In this document: piece by piece, positions 1 through 9,756 of the stretch
Position numbering within the stretch: the first letter of the stretch is position 1
Layout: each line of letters opens with the position of its first letter
DNA from: a virus
DNA length: 64,000 nt
IMG/VR virus record: IMGVR_UViG_3300023174_000100
Span: 1 to 64,000 of that record
Strand: one strand, 5' to 3'
Program-made: the position numbers and the translations under genes
The notes under the pieces: model-generated
Database searches by the model: none
What the model saw: only the letters and a program-made list of their open reading frames with translations
Told to the model about the DNA's origin: nothing

Positions 1-1362
1 ATCACCGGACCACAAGGTAACCAAGGACCAACTGGTCTTCAGGGTACAACAGGAGCACAGGGCAATCAAGGACCTACCGGATTACAAGGAACAGTAGGCG
101 CACAAGGTTTTCAAGGCCCTACGGGTCAATCAGGTAACCCTAGCTTTCAACCAGGCCCTCAGGGCAATCAAGGCCCACAGGGTGATACTGGCTTTCAAGG
201 ATTAACCGGCTTACAAGGCACCACCGGAGCTCAAGGAAGACAAGGCCCTCAAGGCAATCAAGGCCCTACAGGGCTATCTGGAGTAGGTTTACAAGGACCC
301 GCCGGCGAACCAGGAGGTACTGGCCCACAGGGAAGACAAGGACCGCAAGGCAACCAAGGCCCTACCGGCCCGCAAGGACAAAAGGGGGAGGTAGGAGTAA
401 CAGGACCTCAAGGATTTACCGGTCTTCCTGGTCCTAGAGGCCCGCAAGGATTTACAGGAGACACAGGACCTTCAGGCCCTCAAGGATTTACCGGTCCTCC
501 GGGTTCTACAGGCTCTACCGGCTCTACTGGCTCACCCGGTCCTACTGGTCCACAAGGTTCTACCGGCGCCCCAGGCCCTACCGGCTCGCAAGGATTTACC
601 GGTCCTCCAGGTTCTACAGGCTCTACTGGCTCACCCGGTCCTACTGGTCCACAAGGTTCTACCGGCGCCCCAGGCCCTACCGGCTCGCAAGGATTTACCG
701 GCCCTACAGGATTAGGCATTCCTGGCTCACCTGGTCCCACTGGCCCTACTGGTTCTCCAGGACCTGCTGGCCCCACCGGACCTAAGGGAGATACAGGCGC
801 TACTGGACTAGGTCTCCCAGGCTCTCCTGGACCTACCGGACCTACTGGCCCTGCGGGCCCTACCGGTCCCACCGGTTCTTCTGGACCTACCGGACCTACC
901 GGTCCTACCGGTCCCTCAGGAGGATCAGGCCCTCCTGGTCAGAAGGGTCAGAAAGGCGAAAGGGGTATAGGAGGTCCATTCGCGGCCTTCTCCGACAAAA
1001 GACTAAAAAAAGACATAAAGCAAATACAACCTGTATTAGAAGAAATATATAATATAAAACCAGTTAATTATTCTTGGAATCCTGACGAAATGAAAGGAAT
1101 AATCTTAGAGGTAAATAAAAATTCGTCTTCTTACAGAATACCTACCGATATAAATAATAAGGAAGTCGGTATAATTGCACAGGACATAACAGATGGGCTA
1201 AAAACAGGTCTTCTAAGAGAGCTAAAAATACAAGGACAAAAAGGAGTATTAGCTGTTAATTATGACAAATTATCTGTTTATAATTTAAAAGCCATACAAG
1301 AATTATATGATATAGTAAAAAATTTATCAGAAAGAGTTTTAAAACTAGAAAACAAAAAATAA
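1..1362 (+). CDS. Collagen-like (Gly-X-Y) fibre protein with C-terminal intramolecular chaperone (peptidase S74); 5'-truncated by the window edge
   Basis: Frame 1 is open from base 1 ([15 protein letters not shown]...) through about 320 codons of Gly-X-Y into [11 protein letters not shown]...VGIIAQD...VNYDKL...LKAIQEL, the S74 signature. The ORF-track entry 1090..1362 is only its C-terminus. Confidence 0.9.
   Translation: MTGPQGNQGPTGLQGTTGAQGNQGPTGLQGTVGAQGFQGPTGQSGNPSFQPGPQGNQGPQGDTGFQGLTGLQGTTGAQGRQGPQGNQGPTGLSGVGLQGPAGEPGGTGPQGRQGPQGNQGPTGPQGQKGEVGVTGPQGFTGLPGPRGPQGFTGDTGPSGPQGFTGPPGSTGSTGSTGSPGPTGPQGSTGAPGPTGSQGFTGPPGSTGSTGSPGPTGPQGSTGAPGPTGSQGFTGPTGLGIPGSPGPTGPTGSPGPAGPTGPKGDTGATGLGLPGSPGPTGPTGPAGPTGPTGSSGPTGPTGPTGPSGGSGPPGQKGQKGERGIGGPFAAFSDKRLKKDIKQIQPVLEEIYNIKPVNYSWNPDEMKGIILEVNKNSSSYRIPTDINNKEVGIIAQDITDGLKTGLLRELKIQGQKGVLAVNYDKLSVYNLKAIQELYDIVKNLSERVLKLENKK
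481..701 (+). repeat. Near-perfect tandem duplication inside the collagen region (108-bp and 99-bp units plus start of a third)
   Basis: Units start with caaggatttaccgg at 481, 589 and 688. The first two differ by a 9-bp (one triplet) indel and one substitution. Confidence 0.9.
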
Positions 1363-1363
1363 T

Positions 1364-1981
1364 ATGAGTAAATTACGAAACATAGAAGCAGTAAAGAAAC
1401 TTCTTGTAGGAGAACACAAATCTCAAAAAAGAACTACAATAGGATATAGAAAAAAAGAAGACTATAGAATAAGAAATGTTGGCGACATTTGGGAAGAGGT
1501 TTCTCCTATGGGCGATGTAGTAGAGTGGGAACAAAGAGATGGTTATAAAGTTAAAAGAGCAAAAGGAGTCAGAGAAATACTAAAAAAATTAGATGAAATA
1601 AAAAAATTTCCTAATTGCTTAGATACATGTGAAGGTAAAATTTTTGGTCAAGCAGATTACAAACTAGGTAAAAAAACAGGACGATGTTTAGAATGCACTA
1701 TAAAATATGAGGCAGAATTAAAATTAAAAGGAGATTTTAATACTTATGTTAATGATAAAAAAAGAGAAAATGCAATATCTTTCTTAAGAGAAGCATCAGA
1801 AGAAGTTGAAATTTTAATTAAATCTTTTGATAACATGGGATATTCAAATGCGGATGGGTCTATAGAAAAATGGACTATAGAAAACAAAGAATCGTTTTTA
1901 GATAAAATAAGAAATGATTTCAATGATTTAAAAAATGAAATCATGGAAACATATAATATAAAAGAAATAGATATAAAATAA
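1364..1981 (+). CDS. Hypothetical protein upstream of terminase, Cys-containing (possible Zn binding)
   Basis: 205-aa ORF tightly packed between neighbours; CLDTC and CLEC motifs. Confidence 0.6.
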   Translation: MSKLRNIEAVKKLLVGEHKSQKRTTIGYRKKEDYRIRNVGDIWEEVSPMGDVVEWEQRDGYKVKRAKGVREILKKLDEIKKFPNCLDTCEGKIFGQADYKLGKKTGRCLECTIKYEAELKLKGDFNTYVNDKKRENAISFLREASEEVEILIKSFDNMGYSNADGSIEKWTIENKESFLDKIRNDFNDLKNEIMETYNIKEIDIK

Positions 1982-1982
1982 C

Positions 1983-3560
1983 ATGTCTACAAATAAAGTA
2001 AAATTAGCAATAGCACAAGAGTATAAAAAATGCGCTAAAGATCCAGTATATTTTACAAAAAAATATTGTAAAATAGAACATCCTAAAAAAGGTAGAATAT
2101 TATTTGGTTTATATCCCTTTCAAGAAACTACTCTAGAAAAAATGTATAAGGATAGGTACATTATAATTAATAAAGGTAGACAATTAGGAATATCCACACT
2201 ATCTGCTGCATATATTTTACACAATATGATTTTTAAAAATGGATATAAAGTTCTTATTATTGCAACGAAACAAGATGTAGCAAAAAATTTAGTACATAAA
2301 ATTAGATTAATGCATGATTTTTTACCTTCTTGGTTAAAACAAGAGACTTTAGAAGATAATAAAATGATGTTAAGATTTAAAAACAATGGATCAAGTGTAA
2401 AAGCTGTATCATCAAGTCCAGATTCTGCTCGTTCGGAAGCCTTATCTTTACTTGTCATAGACGAAGCTGCTCACATTACAAATTCAGAGGAGATATGGAC
2501 AGCCGCACAATCAACCTTAGCCACCGGAGGTAGTTGTATCCTCTTATCTACACCGAATGGAGTAGGTAATTTGTTTCATAGAATATGGCAGGAATCTTTA
2601 AACGGAGGAGATTTCACATCAATATTTTTACCATGGACCGTGCATCCGGAAAGAGACTCAAAATGGCGTAAAGAGCAAGATATATTATTAGGAGAAAAGG
2701 CAGCAGCTCAAGAGTGTGATGGGGACTTTTTAACTTCAGGACATACAGTAGTAGATGGTAGTATATTAATATGGTACGAAAATAATTGCGTAAAAGATCC
2801 TGTAGAAAAGAGAGGAGAAACCGGAGATTTGTGGATATGGAAATACCCAGAAAGCGACTGTAGCTATGTAGTTTGTGCCGACGTATCTAGAGGAGATTCT
2901 TCAGATTTTTCTGCTTTTCATGTCATAAATATTGAGTCTTTAGAACAAGTAGCGGAGTTTAAAAGCATGATAGGAACTACAGAATATGGACATTTACTAG
3001 TTAGTATTGCATCCGAATATAATGGAGCTCTACTAGCCGTAGAAAATGCTTATGTAGGTTGGGCGGTGTTACAAACAATTATAGATATTGGATACCAGAA
3101 TCTTTATTATACTTTCAGAAACGACCCTTTTGTAGACCCTGACATTCACATGAATATAAATCAAGAATACATGTTAAAAGACAATATGGTTCCGGGATTT
3201 ACAACATCATCTAAAACTAGACCTGTAATGATTTCTAAATTAGAAACTTATTACAGAGAAAAATCTCCTATTGTATATAGTAAAAGATTAATTCAGGAGT
3301 TGTATACTTTTGTTTGGAAAGACCATAAAGCCGAGGCAAGAGATGGATATAATGATGATTTGGTAATGTCTTTTGCTATAGGCCTTTGGGTAAGAGATAC
3401 ATCATTAAAAATGAAAACACTAGGACTTAATTTTTCTAGGTCTTTATTAGCTAATACAACAAAAACAATATATACTCCTAAAGATAATAAAATTCATGAC
3501 TCTTGGTCTATGAAAACTAGAGGAAACGAATCAGAAAGTCTTACATGGCTTATAAAATAA
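1983..3560 (+). CDS. terL: Terminase large subunit (T4 gp17-like)
   Basis: LYPFQ adenine-binding motif, KGRQLGIST Walker A, LLVIDEAAH Walker B, LSTPNG motif III, nuclease ADVSRG...DFS and DDLVMS. Confidence 0.95.
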   Translation: MSTNKVKLAIAQEYKKCAKDPVYFTKKYCKIEHPKKGRILFGLYPFQETTLEKMYKDRYIIINKGRQLGISTLSAAYILHNMIFKNGYKVLIIATKQDVAKNLVHKIRLMHDFLPSWLKQETLEDNKMMLRFKNNGSSVKAVSSSPDSARSEALSLLVIDEAAHITNSEEIWTAAQSTLATGGSCILLSTPNGVGNLFHRIWQESLNGGDFTSIFLPWTVHPERDSKWRKEQDILLGEKAAAQECDGDFLTSGHTVVDGSILIWYENNCVKDPVEKRGETGDLWIWKYPESDCSYVVCADVSRGDSSDFSAFHVINIESLEQVAEFKSMIGTTEYGHLLVSIASEYNGALLAVENAYVGWAVLQTIIDIGYQNLYYTFRNDPFVDPDIHMNINQEYMLKDNMVPGFTTSSKTRPVMISKLETYYREKSPIVYSKRLIQELYTFVWKDHKAEARDGYNDDLVMSFAIGLWVRDTSLKMKTLGLNFSRSLLANTTKTIYTPKDNKIHDSWSMKTRGNESESLTWLIK

Positions 3561-3565
3561 AATAA

Positions 3566-5488
3566 ATGGATAACTCAATACAAGCAAAACTAAAGAGACT
3601 TTTTTCTACTCAAGTAATTGTTAGAAGAATAGGTAAAGACAGAATAAAAGTTATTGATACATCTAGATTACAAGGAAGCGGCGCAAAAGATAAAACCGCT
3701 TATGTAGATAGATTTTCAGGACTACATACAACTAGACAATATGGATATTCACCTAACAATAATACTATAAATTTTCATTCTTCTAAGTTGCAAATATTTA
3801 CAGATTACGAAGCAATGGATACAGATCCTATTATTGCTTCTGCGTTAGATATATATGCAGATGAAAGTACTGTTATGTCAGTTGAAGGAGATTTATTAAA
3901 TATTTCTACTCCAAATGAAAATATAAAAAAGATTTTATATAATTTATTCTATGATATTTTGAACATAGAATATAATTTATGGAGTTGGACAAGATCTTTA
4001 TGTAAATATGGAGATTTTTATCTTTATTTGGACATTGAGGAAGGATTAGGTATAAAAAACGTAATTCCATTATCTGCTTATGAGGTTAGAAGAACGGAAG
4101 GAACAAATCCTCAAAATCCTTATGAAGTTAAATTTATATATGAAGGTGTTCACACAACACAAATGAGTCCAATTGTTTATAGAAATGAAGATAGAAAAAA
4201 TAAAGAATTAGACTATCATGAAGTAGCTCATTTTAGATTATTATCCGACAGTAACTTTTTACCTTATGGTAGAAGTCAGATAGAGCCTGCAAGAAAGATT
4301 TTTAAAATGTTAACATTGATGGAAGATGCGATGTTAATTCATAGAATAATGAGAGCCCCAGAAAGAAGAGTTTTTAAAATAAATGTAGGTAGTATACCTC
4401 CAAACGAAGTTGATAATTACATGGAGACAATTATATCTGCTATGAAAAAGACTCCATATGTAGATGAAAGAACAGGGGATTATAATTTGAAGTTTAATTT
4501 ACAAAATATGCTTGAGGATTATTATCTTCCAGTTAGAGGCAAAGATTCTAGTAGCGATATATCAACTTTACCCGGATTAGGTAATCAAGGTTTTATGGAT
4601 GATATTGAGTATGTGAGAAATAGAATGATGGCCGCCTTAAAAATACCTAAACCATTCTTGGGATATGATAAAGATACAGAAGGTAAATCCATGATTGCGG
4701 CAGAAGATGTTAGATTTGCTAGAACAATAGAGAGAATACAAAAAATTATTGTTTCGGAATTAAACAAAATAGCTATTATTCATTTATATACTCAAGGATA
4801 TAAAAATGAAGAATTAGTTGATTTTTCCTTGTCTTTAAATAATCCATCTTTAGTTTATGAAAGGCAAAAAGTAGAAATATTAACAGAAAAAATGAATCTT
4901 GCTTTAGTTATGCAAGATTCTAAATTATTCTCTAGAAAATATATACATGAAAATTTATTTAAATTATCGGAATCAGAAAGACTTGCCGAAGAGGATTTAA
5001 TCATAGAAGATTTAATGACCACATTTAGACATTCCCAGATAGAAACAGAAGGAAATGACCCAAAACTATCAGGACAAAGTTTCGGTACTCCTCACGATAT
5101 GATGTCAATAAAATTAGCTTCTCAGGGAAATAAGATTAACCCAATGCAATTTGATGACGGAGAAGAGCTAGAATTTGCAAATAAAGAAGATGAACGAGGC
5201 AGACCAAAAAGAATTGGCACTTTCGGAACTAAAAATGATAAATCAAACGGCCGCGATCCTATGGGAGACAGAGATATGAAATCTAATTTAGAAGGAGAAA
5301 AAGACCCTCTTATGGCTAGAAAAAGAGAAAATCCAGTAAATTTAGAGTCTAAGTTAGTAAATTCTTTAAGAAAACAATATGACAGTCATATAAGAAATAA
5401 GAATCTAATAATAGAAAAATCATTTAAAGAAAATGATAAAGATATAAACTTAGGACTACTAAACGAAAATAACTTATTAGATTTATAG
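3566..5488 (+). CDS. Portal protein (T4 gp20-like)
   Basis: LMEDAMLIHRIMRAPERRVFKINVGSIP, MLEDYYLPVRG, ISTLPG and ALKIPK motifs; follows terminase. Confidence 0.95.
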   Translation: MDNSIQAKLKRLFSTQVIVRRIGKDRIKVIDTSRLQGSGAKDKTAYVDRFSGLHTTRQYGYSPNNNTINFHSSKLQIFTDYEAMDTDPIIASALDIYADESTVMSVEGDLLNISTPNENIKKILYNLFYDILNIEYNLWSWTRSLCKYGDFYLYLDIEEGLGIKNVIPLSAYEVRRTEGTNPQNPYEVKFIYEGVHTTQMSPIVYRNEDRKNKELDYHEVAHFRLLSDSNFLPYGRSQIEPARKIFKMLTLMEDAMLIHRIMRAPERRVFKINVGSIPPNEVDNYMETIISAMKKTPYVDERTGDYNLKFNLQNMLEDYYLPVRGKDSSSDISTLPGLGNQGFMDDIEYVRNRMMAALKIPKPFLGYDKDTEGKSMIAAEDVRFARTIERIQKIIVSELNKIAIIHLYTQGYKNEELVDFSLSLNNPSLVYERQKVEILTEKMNLALVMQDSKLFSRKYIHENLFKLSESERLAEEDLIIEDLMTTFRHSQIETEGNDPKLSGQSFGTPHDMMSIKLASQGNKINPMQFDDGEELEFANKEDERGRPKRIGTFGTKNDKSNGRDPMGDRDMKSNLEGEKDPLMARKRENPVNLESKLVNSLRKQYDSHIRNKNLIIEKSFKENDKDINLGLLNENNLLDL

Positions 5489-5509
5489 TGGTTTAGGCAA
5501 ACATTACAA

Positions 5510-5516
5510 TATTTAT
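5510..5516 (+). promoter_or_regulatory. Intergenic TATTTAT motif (candidate late promoter)
   Basis: The same 7-mer recurs in most intergenic gaps of the window. Confidence 0.45.
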
Positions 5517-5558
5517 TTAAAATAATTTCTTTTAATAAGAAATTCATAACTATTAAAA

Positions 5559-6392
5559 ATGAAGAAAATAAAACACAAAAAACACCGGAATACGGGATTG
5601 ATTTTTGAAATGTTAGTGAAAAGAATGACTAGCAATGTATTACAAGGAGAAGGAATAAATGAAATTTCCTCAATTATAAAAAAACATTTCTCGAATAATT
5701 CTGAAATTAGAAAGGAGTTATCTTTTTACCAAATGCTAATTAAGGAAAAAGTTGCAAATCCTACATTAGCAAATGAACTTATAGAATCAGTTAAACAGGC
5801 AAGAAATTCTTTAGATTTAGAAAAGTTAAATAAAGAAAAATACAGGTTATATAAAGACATAACATCATATTTTGGCGGGGATTCTTTATTTGACATAAAA
5901 GTAGAAAATTACCAACAATACGCAAGCATTTATAACATATTTGAATATAACCAGATGGATAATCCTCCATTAATGGTATCAAATAAACAGAATCTAATAG
6001 AATGTATATGCAATTCAGAAACATCAAATAATACAAATGTAGAATTTTTAAAAGAATCAGAAGAAATTAGACTATCAGCATTTGAAATAATGATTCAAAA
6101 ATATAATGATAAGTATGATGGATTATTAAATGAGCAAAAAATGTTATTAGGAAATTATATAAACATGGAAATATCTTCTGATGAATTTAAATCTTATATA
6201 ACATCTGAAATACATAAATTAGAAGAATCCATTTCTAATATTATTCCTTTAGTAGAAAACAATTCATCTGCATCTAAATTAAATGAAATGCTTGATGTTT
6301 TAAATCAAATAGAAAATACAAAATTCATTACTGAAGACCATATACACGTTATCATGAAATATTATGATTTTGTGAATGTTATATCTAGATAA
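5559..6392 (+). CDS. Hypothetical head-module protein (helical)
   Basis: 277-aa ORF between portal and protease; starts KIKHKKHRNTGLIFE. Confidence 0.65.
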   Translation: MKKIKHKKHRNTGLIFEMLVKRMTSNVLQGEGINEISSIIKKHFSNNSEIRKELSFYQMLIKEKVANPTLANELIESVKQARNSLDLEKLNKEKYRLYKDITSYFGGDSLFDIKVENYQQYASIYNIFEYNQMDNPPLMVSNKQNLIECICNSETSNNTNVEFLKESEEIRLSAFEIMIQKYNDKYDGLLNEQKMLLGNYINMEISSDEFKSYITSEIHKLEESISNIIPLVENNSSASKLNEMLDVLNQIENTKFITEDHIHVIMKYYDFVNVISR

Positions 6393-6394
6393 AT

Positions 6395-6763
6395 ATGAAA
6401 CATAATAAAAAAGCATTCATGAAATACCTATTTGAATCTTTAAACAAGAATTATAAAGTGGGTAATCCTACTAATGAGTCCTCATCTAAATTTTTACCAA
6501 TTGATGATGAAGATAATGTTAAAAATGAAATGAATGTAACAAGTAATTTGGATGGAGGTGAGGGCCCGCCGAGAACTCCTTTAGTATTTAAAAGACGTAA
6601 GCCTGAAACTAAAGAAAAACCATACAAATTTATAAAGAAAACAACTTTCAATAAAATAGAGCGGGATAAAGAAAAACAAAAAACCTCTCCATTTTTAAAA
6701 CAAGAATCCGTAATAAATTTTATAGACGAATTCTTAAAAAATATAAAAAATGGCACAAAATAA
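6395..6763 (+). CDS. Hypothetical protein, possible prohead core/internal protein
   Basis: Position matches T4 gp67/gp68; highly charged; EMNVTSNLDGGEGPPRTP segment. Confidence 0.55.
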   Translation: MKHNKKAFMKYLFESLNKNYKVGNPTNESSSKFLPIDDEDNVKNEMNVTSNLDGGEGPPRTPLVFKRRKPETKEKPYKFIKKTTFNKIERDKEKQKTSPFLKQESVINFIDEFLKNIKNGTK

Positions 6764-7364
6764 ATTATTACTTATTGATTCCATCTCAATATTTAATCCT
6801 ATAAATTGCATAATAAAAGAGTCTAAAGGAGCTAACGGGGGATTACTAGTTAAAGGGATTTTACAAAGAGCTAATTCTGTAAATTTTAACAAAAGAATGT
6901 ACCCTCGTAAATTGATGGAAATTCAAGTAGAAAAATATAATGATAAAATTAAAGATGGTATTTCTTATGGAGAATTAGACCATCCGGATAGATCTGATAC
7001 TTGGTTGTCCGAAGCGTCTCATATAATAAAAGAATTATGGTGGGAAAAAGATGATATATATGGAATTGCTGAAGTATTGGATTGGACACCTAAGGGAAAT
7101 TTATTGAAAAAATATTTCGACAAAGGACACACCGTTGGTATAAGTTCTCGAGGAGTTGGATCATTAAGGGAAGCTGGACTTAGAAATGGGTCCCCTTATT
7201 ATGAAGTTGGCGAAGATTATGAAATGGTAGCTTTTGACTTTGTATCTAATCCATCTACACAAGGAGCATTCATGTCCCCTGTAGTAATGAAAGAATCTAA
7301 GATATATTCTAATAATTTCGATATTTTAGCTGACGAAATTCTTAATATGTCAAAAATACTGTAA
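6750..7364 (+). CDS. Prohead core protease (T4 gp21-like)
   Basis: GILQRANSVNFNKRMYP, GELDHP, GISSRGVGS and FDFVSNPS motifs. Confidence 0.93.
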   Translation: MAQNKLLLIDSISIFNPINCIIKESKGANGGLLVKGILQRANSVNFNKRMYPRKLMEIQVEKYNDKIKDGISYGELDHPDRSDTWLSEASHIIKELWWEKDDIYGIAEVLDWTPKGNLLKKYFDKGHTVGISSRGVGSLREAGLRNGSPYYEVGEDYEMVAFDFVSNPSTQGAFMSPVVMKESKIYSNNFDILADEILNMSKIL

Positions 7365-8659
7365 TGGCATCTATTATATTCTTATCTCCGGATTTTACTT
7401 TTACCAAAGAGTTACATGATAAATTTAAAATTGCAGGAGGTCAAGAAAGGAATAGTAGGTATGTTTCTGTAAAAATGGAGGATAGATTAAAGAGATTGTT
7501 GACAAAAGAAACAGAAATAATAGAAAAAGAATTTAGAGCTTCTTTAAAGAATATACGAGGATTAGACTCAAAAAAAAGTGTTAAAGTAATTACAAGTTTA
7601 GAAAATTTCTACAAAAATGCTGATTCTATTATAAAAAACAGTAAAATTATAATAGTATCTGATTTAGAAACTAGAAAATTATTTAGAAAAAAATCTAGTC
7701 CGGGAGGTGTAAATAGAGATACTTTTATATCTAGATTAATAAAAGTAGGAGAGAGAAACAACATAACAATAAAAAATTATTTACTGCTTTATAAGTACGA
7801 CATATCTAAAATATTAGATGAAGACACTTTTTCTACATTAGCATCAAATACAAGAGAGCAATATGTAAAAAGTTCTGAATTTGGATCAGGTTATAAAACA
7901 CAGGTAGATAAAGGAGATAAAAGTAGTTTTATAGATTACGAATTAGGTTCTGCGTTAAAAAGTGCGCCCGTAGGAGTTTCTGAGTTTAGAGGAGTTGCCG
8001 ATGTTCTAAAAAAAGAAGAAGAGGCGGATGAAGAAACTACAATAAATCAATTAATACAAATACAAAAAAAAGCTAGAGATAACGCTAAAATTATAGTTAA
8101 ACCTACGGGTAACGCGGTAAAAGATTTAAAAATAGCTATTGTAAATAATTTAATAATAAAAATAAAATACATAAGCGATAATAAATCCGAAGAACTAGCT
8201 ACTGGGATTAGGGTAATAGAGCCCGTAGCTTTGGGTCAATCCAAAAAAAATCCCGCAAAAGGATTAGCTATAAGAGCTTGGTTGAAAAAAGGAGATACAA
8301 ATAATCCACAAGATAGACCCGGTTGGAGATTTCTATATGTATCTAACATAAAAAGTATAGAATTTACAGGAGATGTTTTTAATTATAAAAGACCTTCTTA
8401 TAATAGCGCAGGAGATAAATGGATGTCTTCAATATCTGTAATAGCTTCTTTTGATACTACTAGAATATATGGAAAAGGTAGAAGAGCAGAAATTTATACA
8501 TCTACAGTTCAAAGATTAAGCATGCTCATATCATCTTCTTCCGGCCCTCAATTGAAATCTTATGTAAAAAAACTAAAAGAAATCAAGAAAAATCACGAAA
8601 GTGGAAAACAAGTTTTAGGATATGCAGACAGAGAATTACTTTACTCTTACTTCTCTTAA
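7364..8659 (+). CDS. Protein with C-terminal WYL-like domain
   Basis: IKIKY...GIRVIEPVALG...IRAWL...PGWRFLYVSNIKSI...RPSYN matches the WYL-domain pattern. Confidence 0.7.
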   Translation: MASIIFLSPDFTFTKELHDKFKIAGGQERNSRYVSVKMEDRLKRLLTKETEIIEKEFRASLKNIRGLDSKKSVKVITSLENFYKNADSIIKNSKIIIVSDLETRKLFRKKSSPGGVNRDTFISRLIKVGERNNITIKNYLLLYKYDISKILDEDTFSTLASNTREQYVKSSEFGSGYKTQVDKGDKSSFIDYELGSALKSAPVGVSEFRGVADVLKKEEEADEETTINQLIQIQKKARDNAKIIVKPTGNAVKDLKIAIVNNLIIKIKYISDNKSEELATGIRVIEPVALGQSKKNPAKGLAIRAWLKKGDTNNPQDRPGWRFLYVSNIKSIEFTGDVFNYKRPSYNSAGDKWMSSISVIASFDTTRIYGKGRRAEIYTSTVQRLSMLISSSSGPQLKSYVKKLKEIKKNHESGKQVLGYADRELLYSYFS

Positions 8660-8733
8660 TCAATTTTTTTAAAATAATAATAAATAAAACAGTTAAAATT
8701 TTTTAAAAAAAGCATTTTAGTAAAATTAGATAA

Positions 8734-8740
8734 TATTTAT
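8734..8740 (+). promoter_or_regulatory. Intergenic TATTTAT motif upstream of scaffold/MCP
   Basis: taaTATTTATtgg, 86 nt before the scaffold ATG. Confidence 0.5.
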
Positions 8741-8825
8741 TGGTAATAATATCTTGTTTAATATAAGATTAAAAAATTAAAAATATATTTAAGATTTATA
8801 ATAGTCTTACAATCAAAATAGTAAC

Positions 8826-9752
8826 ATGAACGATTTATTAAAATCTGCAATTGCTGATGCAAAAGCTATAAAAGAAACAGCACTGCAAAACGCAAAAGCA
8901 ACATTAGAAGATTCTATCTTATCTAAAGTATCTCCACTTCTAGAAAATAAAGAAGAAGAAAAAGAAGAAATGGAAGAAGGAGAACAACCGACATGGCTTC
9001 AAAAGAAGAAAGGACACGATGATAAAAAACCTAACATGGAAGCCAAAGAAGAAGAAGATGATGATAAAGAAACTAATGAAGCTTACAACGACGACGAAGA
9101 AGATGGAGAATCTAAAAAAGATGAATCCGCTAGTTTAGAAGAAATCTTAGCTGAGTTAGAAGAAGAGTTAAAATCTTCTAACATTGGAACTGGAGATAAC
9201 AAAATGGACTCTTACGATTCAGATACAGAAGACCCTCAAGGTCCTAAGTATTTTAGCCGTAAAGATGTGATGGATGCTCTAGAAACTATGTTTTCAGAAG
9301 CAATTGGAGACAATGATGATAACGAAGAAGAAGAAGATGGAAAACATGAAAAAGATATGAAAGAGATGAAAAGAGAATTAGAAGAAGCTTATGAAGTTGT
9401 AAATCAACTCAAGGGAATGCTTCAGGAAGTTAATCTCTTAAACTCTAAATTACTTTACACTTCTAAGATTTTTAGAAATTACGCTTTATCAGAAAATCAG
9501 AAAAAAGATATTTTAGAAAACTTTGAGCGTGTAGTTACAATCAGAGAGGCTAAATTACTTTATTCTACTTACGCCAAATTGTATGAAGGTGTAGACTCTA
9601 ATAAAGGTAAAAAATCTAAAAATTTAACTGAATCTTTTGCTTCAAAACCTACTAATAGTACAGCTCCTTCTGCTACTACTAAATCAAACATTGTAAACGA
9701 ATCAAGCAATCTACGCGTAAGACTTCAAGAACTTGCGGGTATAATTAAGTAA
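8826..9752 (+). CDS. Prohead scaffold protein (T4 gp22 position)
   Basis: Very acidic coiled-coil protein directly before MCP; AIADAKAIKETA N-terminus, EVNLLNSKLLY, RLQELAGI C-terminus. Confidence 0.85.
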   Translation: MNDLLKSAIADAKAIKETALQNAKATLEDSILSKVSPLLENKEEEKEEMEEGEQPTWLQKKKGHDDKKPNMEAKEEEDDDKETNEAYNDDEEDGESKKDESASLEEILAELEEELKSSNIGTGDNKMDSYDSDTEDPQGPKYFSRKDVMDALETMFSEAIGDNDDNEEEEDGKHEKDMKEMKRELEEAYEVVNQLKGMLQEVNLLNSKLLYTSKIFRNYALSENQKKDILENFERVVTIREAKLLYSTYAKLYEGVDSNKGKKSKNLTESFASKPTNSTAPSATTKSNIVNESSNLRVRLQELAGIIK

Positions 9753-9756
9753 AAAT

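Noticed and set aside
480-872. Minus-strand 130-aa Gly/Pro-repeat ORF
   Set aside because: Antisense shadow of the collagen codons. The + frame continues into an S74 domain and all neighbouring genes are on the + strand.
1090-1362. Stand-alone 90-aa ORF
   Set aside because: In frame with the upstream collagen reading frame; the ATG is internal to the S74 domain.
1364-1981. Terminase small subunit
   Set aside because: Only the position supports it; no recognisable motif, so left as hypothetical.
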